A DNA stretch of 64,000 bases from Utricularia gibba (taxonomy: Eukaryota > Plantae > Magnoliophyta). Under the pieces are notes generated by a model. It searched no databases. It was not told the DNA's origin and saw nothing but the letters and a program-made list of their open reading frames with translations. Below, piece after piece: positions 49,501 through 60,520 of this stretch. Position 1 is the stretch's first letter. Every line of letters begins with the position of its first letter. The position numbers and the translations under genes were made by a program. The DNA is taken from assembly GCA_002189035.1 (NCBI GenBank), contig NEEC01000015.1, positions 248,001 to 312,000 of the forward strand, read 5' to 3'.

Positions 49501-49910
49501 TGAATTTGAATCAAGTATGCGTAAAGTAAACCCCTGAGCCTGAAGAACGCTGCTCCTTTAAGAACTTGCCTTTGCTTCCTTGCATTTCTAGGTTGGACAG
49601 CCTTCTCCATGCTGATGACTTATTGAGGGTTTTATTGCCTATAAACTACAATTTTTGAATCCTTTTTTCGTCTTAGTCTCATGATCTCCTGGACATGATC
49701 CTTGAAAACACCTTACCATGTGCATTCTCTTTCCAGGAATTTTCATTGCTGAAATTTCAGTCGTCTTGTAAGATGAACTTCTTTCTGCTATGGATATGGG
49801 AGTGTTTGCGCCACCGTCTCCCGGCAGCGAACACCATGGTTGCCGGAGCACTCGCCACTGCGGCCGTCCTATATCCCGGTAAGGTTATTCTCTCAAGAAA
49901 CACAGAGTGA
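46538..49910 (+). CDS. NUDIX-like N-terminus plus metallo-beta-lactamase fold hydrolase (At1g25375 / LACTB2-like), 12 exons
   Basis: YDSYKDSDLWDLP, EEPEFGP, QEYPPG, metal motif VTHHHYDHVDG, PGHTDGH, VGDHCVGQGS, LIPMHGR, NVRLH. All 11 upstream exons join in frame. Last exon 49737-49910 ends in a hydrophobic tail. Confidence 0.9.
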
Positions 49911-50020
49911 TTGATGGATGTACCCAAGTTGCTGACACCATGAGTCATCCATCCATCCATCCTAGTGTTCTATGCATCCATGAAAACATAAATTGAATTC
50001 CCTTTTAATGAAAGAAAGAA

Positions 50021-52229
50021 TTAGTGACTAGAGCGGCAGGGATCTTCAGACACAGAAGGGGAATCCGAAACAGAATCTATGGCAGATTCATGTGACTGCG
50101 AATCTTCGTACCCACGAAGCTCTTGTATCATCTTCAACACGTGGCTCATCTTGGGCCGTTGATCAGGTAACGTCTGTGTGCACGTCATTGCAATCTGCAA
50201 CAAACCGACCATATCTTCTTCAACATCTCTATACCTCAAAAGCTCCAAATCGAACACCTCCGAAGTCCACTCCTCTCTCACAACGGACTGCACCCACTTC
50301 GGCAGATCGACAGCTCCGAGGTTCCCGGCGGCGACACCGTTGTTTTCGACGGTAAATGGGCACTTCCCGGTAAGCAATTCGAGTAAAAGGACGCCAAAGG
50401 AGTAGACATCAGACTTCGCGGTAAGCTTTCTGGTGTCAACCGCTGCCTCTGGAGCTCGATAGCCGTTGGATTTGAGTGATGCGAATGCCGATAGGCCGAA
50501 GTCGGAGAGTTTCGCATTCCCTTCTCCGTCGATGAGAATGTTGGTTGATCTGATGTTGCCGTGGATGAGCCGGAGCGATCTGCATGCACTGTGGATGTAG
50601 GCTAAGCCACGAGCTGCGCCTATTGCAATTTTGAACCTTGTGGCCCAGTCTAATGGGGTTCTTCCCGGTCCTCTATTTCCTGTCAGTAAAATGGTGAAAG
50701 AAAACGAGAGATGAGAAACCCGAGTAAGTATGGTGATGGTAGCACATGGACAGGATGCGACAGGGTTAACTAACAGAACCCCATGTGGTAAAAGAAAAAA
50801 AAAAGTACAGCGAGGTACCGTGAAGAAGCCAGAACAGACTGCCGTTGGGCATATGATCAACTACCAGCAGCTTCTCATCTCCGGCGAAGTAGTAAGCTTT
50901 GAGATTAACTAGATTTGGGTGTCTTAATCGCCCCAGAATCTGCATCTGTTGCTCAAATTCTCTCCTGGAAACCCGTTCAAATCCTTTAATCTCTTGACTG
51001 CAACCACAGTCCCATCATCCAGCATCGCTTTGTAAGTTGTCCCGAATCCACCTCTTCCCATCATTTCAGCTGAAGCTCTCAACAGATCCTCCAATTCGAA
51101 TGTTCTTTCCCCGTACAAGAACACAATTTTACTCCTCGAATCGGAGAGGGATTGTAGTGGACAGGGGTGTGGGGGGTTGGAGTACGAGTAGGGGCTGCTA
51201 GCTGAGTACATGATCTTCTCTGCTTCGTTGTTCTTATTCCCGGATGGCAGAAAACTTCTGGAGCCTTTCCCCAGAAGTAGCAGTACAGAAGCAGGAAAAC
51301 TGCCCCAGAACAACGGCGTCTCCGATTATTATACAGAGTAATGCCAAAGAACTTATTTTGCTGCGGTGGGGTTTCGCTGGAGCGCCGATTACACCCGGCA
51401 TTGTGGTCGGAGAAGAGGCGATGGTTGTGTTCGGGGTGAGCGGCGACGCCATTGCTCCGCCGGGGTTGGAGGAGGGAGGATTAGAAGTCGCTGCACATAG
51501 ATTATCCAGCGGCCGCCCGCATAAATTAGGATTATTCGAAAATGCCGTCGCCGGAAAAGCGGAGAGCGAGGCGGGTATCTCTCCGGTGAAGTTGTTTCCG
51601 GTGACATTGAAGTCCTGTAGATTCGGTAACCGCAAAAAGGAAAGAGGACCCGAGAGTCGATTTTGTTCGAGTCTCAGAGTAAGCAAACGTAGGAGACCGA
51701 CGACGCTGAACGGGATTTCGCCGGAGAAGTTGTTATACGACAGATCGAGACGATTAAGCTTGAAAAGAGAGGTAATCGAAGATGGGAAGTCGCCGGAGAA
51801 GCGGTTATGGGAGAGGAAAACGAGTTTGAGGTTGGAGAGTGGAGAGAGATCCGGAATCCCACCCCAGAAGTCGTTTTTCTTGAGACTCAGAACTCGGAGC
51901 TGGGTTAAGGAGACGATTGGTCCGGGGAACGGCCCCGTGAGATTCAAATCTTCGAGGACCAAATGGGAGACGCGGTTGTGGAGACAAGAAACCCCGCGCC
52001 AGGATGCGGAAGCGTTGCATGGGTTTGAAGAAGCGTTCCACGACTTGAAGACGGCGTCGTTTGGATCGACGGCGGACTTAAGGAGTAGAAGAGAGGGTGC
52101 GTCGGGGTGGTGGTCCCCAGCAGCGGTGCAGTGAAGAAAGAAGAAAAGGAGCACCGCGGCCGTGAAGCGAACCACCACCATTCGTCTCTGGAGTACCTCC
52201 CGCAATGGCGGCGGCGGCGGCAGCAGCAT
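50021..52229 (-). CDS. LRR-III receptor-like kinase (At1g68400-like), 2 exons; three -1 indels as assembled
   Basis: Signal peptide, LRRs ([24 protein letters not shown]...), TM segment, [25 protein letters not shown], intron 50680-50818, [70 protein letters not shown]. Confidence 0.9.
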
Positions 52230-52690
52230 TGTCGTTGAATGCCAGAGACTTGCGGCGGCGGTCCGGGGGGTCAGAGGGAGTGGCGGGCGCGGAGTTTTAA
52301 CTGTAAAGCGCCGCCATTAATTCTCAGAAAGCGGGCTTCAGAAAAAGCTATGGGTAACCACCAGTAGTACTCCGCTCCATCGATTTACCAGCTTTTAAGA
52401 GCGTTGGGTGAAGCAATTACAGAACCTGCATCTGTACGTCCCTTCCCTTTAATACTCCCATTATTAAATATATTTTTACTTTTGTTTTGTACGGTGCATC
52501 CTTTTCCTTTAAAAGCACGTGCGGTGTTTGAATAAGTCACGTGCCACAGGGGGCAGTTAGTCTTAGATGGGAAACACTTTGTGCCAGAGTGAAGTGCCAT
52601 TTTTGGGCAGGCGATGTCCGAAAAGGTACAAAGAATCAGGGAAGAGCCAAATAGGACAACGAATTCTTGATGAATCAATGAATGATGATG

Positions 52691-52720
52691 GAAGAAGAAG
52701 AAGAAGAAGAAGAAGAAGAA
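52691..52720. repeat. (GAA)10 microsatellite in the PP2C 3' UTR
   Basis: Direct reading of the sequence. Confidence 0.9.
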
Positions 52721-52743
52721 AGGGAGAGCCAGCCACTGCCTTG

Positions 52744-54635
52744 TTATACGACTTTGATTCCACTGGGTCGTTTCCCTTCCATGGCGTCCTTCTTGTTTCT
52801 GCAGTCTGCACACAGAAACGGGCCTTGCCATGGCTTCGAGCTCATCGAGAATATGGAGCCCGCGTGAACGGAAATCCCCTCGTGCGGGGCGAGATCCACC
52901 TGGCAGATGGCGCACACGAACAACCCATCGTTGGCGTCAGACCCCGCGTCATCGTTCCCCAGCCTGTCCAGTTTCAAAGAAGATCAGTGTGTGTGCATCC
53001 CCAATCCATCCCGTGTGAGAATCAGAAAACCAAAATGCGAACCTCTCGGCAAGCATTGCTGATCCCTCTTCGAACAATTCTTCCACAATCCCAACTGAAG
53101 ACAGTTTCTTTGATAGTTTGTTAGCAGACCAAAAACGCTGCTTCCCTGAAAACAAAGCTTTAAGCTTGCTGTACTTTTTCAGTGGAGGTAGAGGGGGGAG
53201 CTCGGTCACAGTGCTCTCCGGAGGGATTATGTCGACTACAATGCATGTTGTGTCATCCTTCAGCCCATTTGTGCGTAATGTTTCCTATATGTCGCAGTGT
53301 ATCAGATTTTACTGAGTCCGAATTTCATCATCAATCAGGGTTAGAAGCAGATGATTACCTTGACAAGTTGTCTAGCAGCAAGTTCTGTGGGCAACCCACG
53401 GCAGCATTTTGCTGCAGTTGCTGATGAAAGTGCATCCCAGACGCCATCAGAGGCAATAATCAGCCTTCCCCCCGTGCTGGATAACTTTACAAGAATGGAA
53501 GATGTCAGGGCTGCATAAGCACACAGTAGTAAAACAGGGAATTGGGAGCTTACTTTAACTTGCTTGACATATGGTACGGGTACAATGAATTCGCCTACAT
53601 CCATGTCGCCAATTGATCTCGAGAGGCATAGACCTCCGGGCCAACAACGAAGAGGACCAACCTAAAGTTGTGTAACATTAGGGGTACTGTGGGTGCTGTG
53701 AAAAGTCTTATCACACAAATAGGCTTGCGGGCATCTCACCTCAGTACCACCACAAAGACTAAGCCTCCCAACTTCACCTCCACTTGCTGTTACACGTTCC
53801 CTTCTGCGATTTTAGGACATAAAATTAATGGCCAACGATGAAGTGGAATCAGGATAGACAAAAGCAAATAAGCATACTCTTCGGCATTTTCTTCAAGCCT
53901 ATGATCAACTGTGAGGACAGATACTCCACTGCCAGGACAATCTAGAATACAGCGTGAATCTCCAACAGATGCCACGGTAACCGTCCAACCATCTACTATC
54001 ACGAATGTTGCTGTAGTCCCAGAAGTTTTTCCTGCACATTGGGGAGAGTTGAGGTATCAGCTTCCATGAACAACTACTCATAAAACCTTCTCCAGAACAG
54101 AATAACGTGCCTTTACTCTGAAAAACCTTGTCAGTTTTAACAAATCCAGCTACTAGAGCACGTGGTAAGGCATGAAGCCATTCATCCCGATCGAGACCAC
54201 GAGGGATGGCATCTAAGACATAGTTTAACAAATGATCTCTTGAAAAAATGGCAGCCGCGTTCCCGTTATGTCCATCAAAAATCTGAAAAGAGGGAATGTT
54301 AATACAAGAAAAATTACAAGCTACTACCATGGACATTTGATATGCCATTCACAGGTTTGACATTTCATCAGGCATATCGAGAGGGAGATTATAATCCTTG
54401 AAATCAACTAGGAATAGCGTACCCCAAAAACAGAGAATGACGACGACGGATTGCCAGGAACTCGCTGGCAATCACTTCTCATCAAGAAATAATCTTCCCC
54501 TTTCCTAGACTGTGCAGCAGAGCCGCATCTTACTGTTGGCTTCTCCAGCTTCTCATGCTTAAACTCCCTTGATATCAGTGAAGCTAAAGGCACAAGAGCT
54601 CCTCGACTACTATTCTTGTCTTTCCTAGATCCCAT
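52744..54635 (-). CDS. Protein phosphatase 2C (At1g68410-like) with C-terminal Cys motif, 8 exons
   Basis: VPLASLISRE, AQSRKGED, IFDGHNG, VASVGDSRCIL, GPLRCWPGGLCLSRSIGDMD, LIIASDGVWD, LKDDTTCIVVD, last exon CAICQVDLAPHEGISVHAGSIFS...GPFLCADCRNKKDAMEGKRPSG. Confidence 0.92.
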
Positions 54636-55434
54636 CTATGAACACCTTATATCTAACTAACAATTACTGGAGTTAAAAGTCAGAATTATTAGTAGAACAC
54701 AACAGCAGACACCATCTTTGATGCCCTCCTCCCTGAAATTCGATCTCTACAAAACCAGGGAAAAATCGAAGTCCTTTTTATTCAATTTCCCACAAACCCC
54801 ATACCACAACTAAAGCGCAAAAGCATCCACACCCCACAACCTCCGATCACCTCAAATCCTCCTCAAGATTTCACCTGCAATTTTAACATAACAATAAGCT
54901 CCAACACCGCAGGACGCCAAATCCATGAAAGATGACGGCGAAAGGAAAACATTCCACAAAAAGTCAAACCTGCAATAACCCGCTGTACTACTTCCTCAGA
55001 GTTCCAAAAGAACACCAGAGGCAGATCTGATAGCGACCGCTCAACTTAGAAGAAGCCACTGATAAATAAAAGCCGGAAAGATTCAACCGGGAAAGCGTGT
55101 TGCCGAGCTGTGAACGAAAGAACAAGCCCAAAATCAACGAAAACCCATCCCCAGCTTTCGCATTGAATAACAAATTCAGAAATTAAATATACATTCTCCG
55201 AAGATGTCATTCCATGGCACAGATCAGCATTGCGGAGGCTGCAATGGCGATATTTCCTGCTGTTCGGATACATTGGACGACAGCTGGCACTGACCCATCG
55301 TTCCCAGTGGAGCGCATTCACTTCCCCTCTTTTCCTTCCCAATTCCTCCCTCCCTCTCTGGAAAGCTTTTTTTTTTTTTATATATTTAAAATATATATAA
55401 TATTAAAACATCGTACGGTTTTCATTTTCCAGAT

Positions 55435-57689
55435 CTACCCCTCTGAGCAAGTGTAAGCTGTTGAACCAGAGCTACGCCAACCATCAACAACCGCCTTCGG
55501 TGAATCCTGAAGCTTCTGCTGGCTAAGCAGCCATGCCTCGTCCATGTCGAGAAACCGACTCGACCTGCGACCGCGTTCATCGCCGCCTTGAATGCCCTTC
55601 AGAATCACTACGATCTCGTTCATAGAAGGCCTGAAGTCGCTTTCCGTGTGCAGGCATCGAAAGGCCAGCTCCGCCACCGCTTCGGTCATCTTCGTGACCT
55701 TCGGATCCGACCCGAATCCGATACGCGGATCAATCAGTTCGTGAAGCGCGGATCTCTGGATCCTGTTGACGGCCAAGTTCGCCAAGCTCACTTCGCTCCT
55801 ACTGCGGGTGATATCAACGGCAGGCATTGAGGAAATGAGCTCGATCAGGACAACTCCAAAGCTGTAGACATCGCTCTTGTCCGTCAGCTGGTAGCATCGG
55901 TGGTACTCCGGATCCACGTATCCCGGAGTTCCCTGCGGCGCCGTCGAGACATGGCTCACGTTGTTCGGAAAAAGCCTGGAGAGACCAAAATCAGCCACCT
56001 TCACGCAGAAATGGTCGTCCAGCAAGATGTTGTCCGTCTTCACATCGCGGTGGATGATGTCCGATTTGTGGAGATACGCCAGCGCGCTAGCAGTTTGCAC
56101 CGCGATCTCCATACGAACCTGCCATGGAAGCACATTCTCCTTCGACTTCTCGCCGTGTAGATGATCCGCCAGCGTGCCGTTGGGGATGTACTCGTAGACG
56201 AGTAAGAGCCCCCGGCTTGTCCTCGAGGTGCACCCGTACAGAGACACCAGATTCGGGTGCCTTAAGCAGGTCAGAGTGTTGACTTCGTTCATGAAATGAT
56301 CCATTCTCTTGTGGTTCCGCTCGTATAACCTCTTCACTGCAACTTCTCTTCCATCTCCCAGTTTTCCTGGCACAAGCCCCATTCAAAACATAGCACCCAA
56401 CGAGCACATTTTGTGACACAACATGCAGTGAACCCCTGTTGGTGAGTGATGAAAGGCTTACCATAGTAAACAGTTCCGAAGCCGCCGTCACCAAGTTCCC
56501 TGGAATCGTCGAAGTTGCAGGTGGCTTCCTGAAGCTCTCTGTATGAAAATATCTGAACTCCATGTAAGCTTGATGCTTCGACTTGTGAAGAAGAGGTGAA
56601 GGAAGATGCACTTCTAAGGTACACTCCCCTGGTTCGTATACATCTCCATTGTCGCCAGAGTAGGAACATCACTGCTACGAGTAACGCAAGTATCACTACA
56701 GCCGCAGGTATCACTGTAACAATGAAGACAAAAAAAGGGGAAAAATAGAATTAACAAGGCATAGGATTAGATATAGAATTCAAAATAGATGACACTGCTA
56801 CTTACTTATAGCAAGGAGGAGTTTCCAGTTCCGCGGGGATTCTGAGTTCAACATGCGAAAAAAAAACGCAGTTGTTAATTTTATTAGTTACCAAAATGAA
56901 TTTTATTAAAAAAAATTAATTGGAGAAAGTGATTACCGTCGCAGGTTCTCCAATGCGGCCCATCAGGGCAAAAGCACTTGAAAAGGCGAGTCGTTCTGTT
57001 ATACCCACAGCGGCCGCCGCTAACTTCACAGCGGTCGCATTTACTTGCGGTCCAGTTCAGGGAAAATCCATTCCGCAAGTACAACGAAGCAGCATTCGCC
57101 GATATATCCCCGCCGCTGCTGCCTCCATCTTTTATCGGAACAACAACGGTTCGATCACAATTACTGCTCGCGGCTACGTCGATCACATTTCCGCCTCTCT
57201 GAGAATAAGCCCAACCCCAATTTGAATCACACCCTCGTTATACGACGGGTCCTGGTCGTACTCAGGATCTTCGCAGTGAATGAAAAAATTCAGATACGAT
57301 GTATTATCGCCATACCGGAAATTCTCTGGAAGAGTGGTGTTCGAAATATTTGATGCAATACAGCCTGCAGAATTAGTTGCGTTCCACAGTCTCACACTCA
57401 AAGATTTTTCCCCATAAGAAATTTCTCGAATCTCGTAATCGTTCCCAGAAATGTTGAGAATCGGGAACCCTGCCCGGCATCTTACGGCGAATCCGTCGAA
57501 GGGGTAGCCACAGTAAGGCGGCTGCTGATTCACAAGGTAGAATGGGAAGCTGATGTCTGGGGCCTCGGAGGAGTTACTGCATCTCGCCCGTTGGCACGCT
57601 TCGAACCGTGAATCATCGGTTGCAATCGCCGATGAGATGATTACAGAGACGAAGAACAAGTTTACGGTTGCTGCTACAAACTTGGGCAT
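55435..57689 (-). CDS. LRK10L / WAK-associated receptor-like kinase (GUB_WAK_bind + WAK_assoc + TM + kinase), 4 exons; one -1 indel as assembled
   Basis: CQRARC...ISFPFYL...CGYP, NGFSLNWTASKCDRCEVSGGRCGY...CFCPDG, TM segment, FSYRELQEAT..F...ELGDGGFGTVYYG|KLGDGREVAVKRLYE, IIHRDVKTDNILL, VADFGLSRLFP, STAPQGTPGYVDPEY. An upstream in-frame ATG at 57767 is possible. Confidence 0.92.
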
Positions 57690-58087
57690 ACTGACCTGGA
57701 AAATTCCGCGATCACCAGCTGATAAGCAACGATCGGAAAATGGATTGAGCTTGGGGAGGAGACTCATCTCCTCCAGGTTGGATTAGATTCCGCGTGAAAA
57801 AGTGGCGCTCAAGTCATCCGTCTACTTGACTAATTTCCGAAGACGAAGCTTCTTCTCTGTAGGATATGTTTGAATTTTCCCAAGCCTGTCGTTGTCTGGT
57901 TGGGTTACGACTTGGTCACATTAAAAACATTGCACTGCAAATGTTCAGCAGCTTTAACTTAAGGGAAGAAACTAGCAGCAGACGCCGGTAAACTTTTCTG
58001 CCTGAACCAAATGGCTAACCAAAGCTAACGGTAACCAACAGTCATGGAGCCGAAGAAGCCCCCATTGCCATTGAAAAGCTAACCTAC

Positions 58088-58770
58088 TCAAGAGTTTGGA
58101 CCTGGATCTGGGCTCAATGAAAGATCAGCCATCCCGAGACAAGTTCGTCGAGGGACAGGTCGTTTGAGGCCTCAAAATCTTTCCAGTTTTGGGCTGTGGG
58201 ATAGGACGAGCTTCCATCAAGAACCTTAGTGAGCTGTTTAACGAGGGGCTCCTCTTCTTGGGGAATGTCCAAATCCCATACCTTGAATATGTCGTCGAAT
58301 AATGAATCGGACGGTGACGGTTCGTTAGACAAATCAGTATCAGGATCATTGCCCCCCGTGTCTATTGCTTCACCTTTGTAAGTTGGAAGAAAGACGGCAG
58401 TGGCTTTATCTTCTGACCAGGATTCATCCACCAACTCAGCAGTCAGCTGATCCCTATTGCTAGTGCTCATGTAGCTGTTTACTAAGTAATTTGAAGTGGG
58501 TATACCCTCATCAGAATGGGGGATTGCTGATCTTTGGCCTTCGGAGGGGTTACCATCTTCACGGTCTGAAGGGTAATGCTGAACCTCTGCAGTTTCCATC
58601 AGTGCATCCATTAGGGAATCCCAGCCACTGCCTAGTGCCTCAGCATCTTTGCTCAGACAGGAATCCACCCACGCCAAATCTTCTTCTGACAAAACGGATG
58701 GTCCAATCTCCACATCATTCTCAGGAAAGGAAGAACCAAGGCTTCCAGATGCACCATCATCGACTGCCAT
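58088..58770 (-). CDS. Uncharacterised acidic plant protein (At4g38980-like); -1 indel near the C-terminus as assembled
   Basis: LSEEDLAWVDSCL, WDSLMDAL, IFKVWDLDIPQEEEPLVKQL. Adding one G at 58133-58135 restores LDELVSGMADLSL...* (stop 58088); as assembled the ORF stops at 58114. Confidence 0.7.
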
Positions 58771-60520
58771 GGCTGAAAAAGTGAAGAAATATCAGCTTTC
58801 ACTTCCCCTGATTTAGATACACCAGAAAACAAGGCGACCGCCTCACACCGAAACAAGATCAGATAACTATAGTCATCAGTTCAGCGGCAACACACATCAG
58901 AAATACTAGCAAGCAGGGGGCTGGAATGCATAAAAAGAGCTGGTTCTCGCTCTACCTAGTTTCGCATCTTGCTTTTGCTTTTCCTTTAAACATGTTGAGT
59001 AGCGTTCACTGTTTAACAAACAGTGCACAAAAATATGGATGACGAATCATATTCCCCCAATTAAACAAAAAAAGAAAAAAAAACAAGACACACAGGTATG
59101 TGATTCAACAGTGCAGGAAATCGAATCCATGGAAACCAGCAAGCTCGTCAGTCATCCCATCTTCACAACAAACAAAAGAAGATACAAATATTATGAAAAA
59201 AGAAAACTTCCTATGTTGGCAAGGGATTACAACAAACAAAAGTTCGATCAAAACTCAACCCCCGAGCTAGGGCTCCTTCACCTGTTTTTTTTACTCAATC
59301 GATTCAGGAACTCGATACGGAATCGGTGTAATCAGATATCCTGTACTGATTCAGAGGAAAAACGGAACGGAATTCACATCCCACTCAGTCAGGGAGGAAG
59401 AATCGAACGGCGAAATGGGGATAAAGATGAACAGACGACGAATATTCGTGATTACGCAAGAAACGGCGTCGTATTACCAGACAGATCCTCGTGCCATTTT
59501 TTTGGACTTGGCTGTAATATTTGTTATTTTTTGAAATAGCTGGGGATATTTTCCAAACCACAAGCTTCAAATAAAAATCCATATAAAAAAATTAGAAATA
59601 TAATATGAAAAACTCGAAAATAAAATAGGGCTGGGGGTATTTTTTTTTGGAAAAAATAATAAAAAATTGTCAGAAAATATGGACCAAAAAACATTGGCAT
59701 TTATTAACATCAAAATCAATCACAAAGCTCCTACATAGTTTAAATTTGTCATTTTTATTTCATTAGCCTTCTTCTGTCTTTAATGCTGTGTGGGGACACC
59801 TTTGTCGCTGTTATTCCCGCTCATTCTGTCAGTGAAATTTTTTGAATTGAATTATTTTATCACCTGAAATTCAAGTTATAAAAATCTTATACATTTACTA
59901 ATCTGCCCCTGTAATTTGATTTCTTATTCAATTTCTCAAAAATTCCGATAATTACGAGGTGAAAGTAAGTTACTAGGGATGAAAGTAGTTGATTGACGAG
60001 ATTAGGTCAGATTATTGACCAGGAATGCATGTAAGCTTGTACGTTGTGCAGTGGAGGTTGTGCGCTTAGTTACCTGGCACGCAAAAACTCACCAACAATC
60101 TTATTTAATTATTTGGATTTCAAGGTTCGTTGCGTGTGAGCCAGTTGAATGCAAGTAAAAGGAAAAGCTGTCTCCGTCGTCGCTGCTCGCCACCCGTTCT
60201 CGTTTCATTTCTCTCTCTCTTTCTCGGGTCTCCAATGTCTTGAAGCATACGGAAACTAGGAGTGTCGGAGGGGAAGAAGATCATGTGCGCGGGTGTGAAT
60301 CTGAAGGTTTTTGTATGGTTTTGAGGCGCAGGACGGAGGACTTTGCTGGGGATGAGGCTTTGAATGTTCGGAAAAATGGAGCAATGGAGCTTGCTTTGCT
60401 TGTTCGAGGCCGTTGAAATCGAGCAGTTGATTCCTCTTCAATGCATCATTCGTTGTGTTGTTGTTTCATTGTTTCCATGTTAATTGGAGTTGAAACTTGT
60501 GAAGTAGGAACTAGGAGAAA

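Noticed and set aside
51244-52134. 296-aa plus-strand ORF
   Set aside because: Antisense shadow of the GC-rich LRR-RLK exon; no motifs. The same applies to 5909-6349 (+), 27015-27482 (-) and 38888-39232 (+).
52744-52977. Separate small Cys-rich protein
   Set aside because: It is the last exon of the PP2C gene (phase-2 junction ER|LG).
12686-58135. Programmed ribosomal frameshifting or mass pseudogenisation as the explanation for the broken ORFs
   Set aside because: The sites are not X XXY YYZ slippery heptamers with downstream structure, the genes are unrelated, and the lesions are overwhelmingly single G/C run deletions in otherwise conserved ORFs. Sequencing error is more parsimonious.
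59039-59539. 166-aa plus-strand ORF
   Set aside because: Low-complexity, A-rich, no motif; lies antisense to the probable 5' UTR and intron of the At4g38980-like gene.
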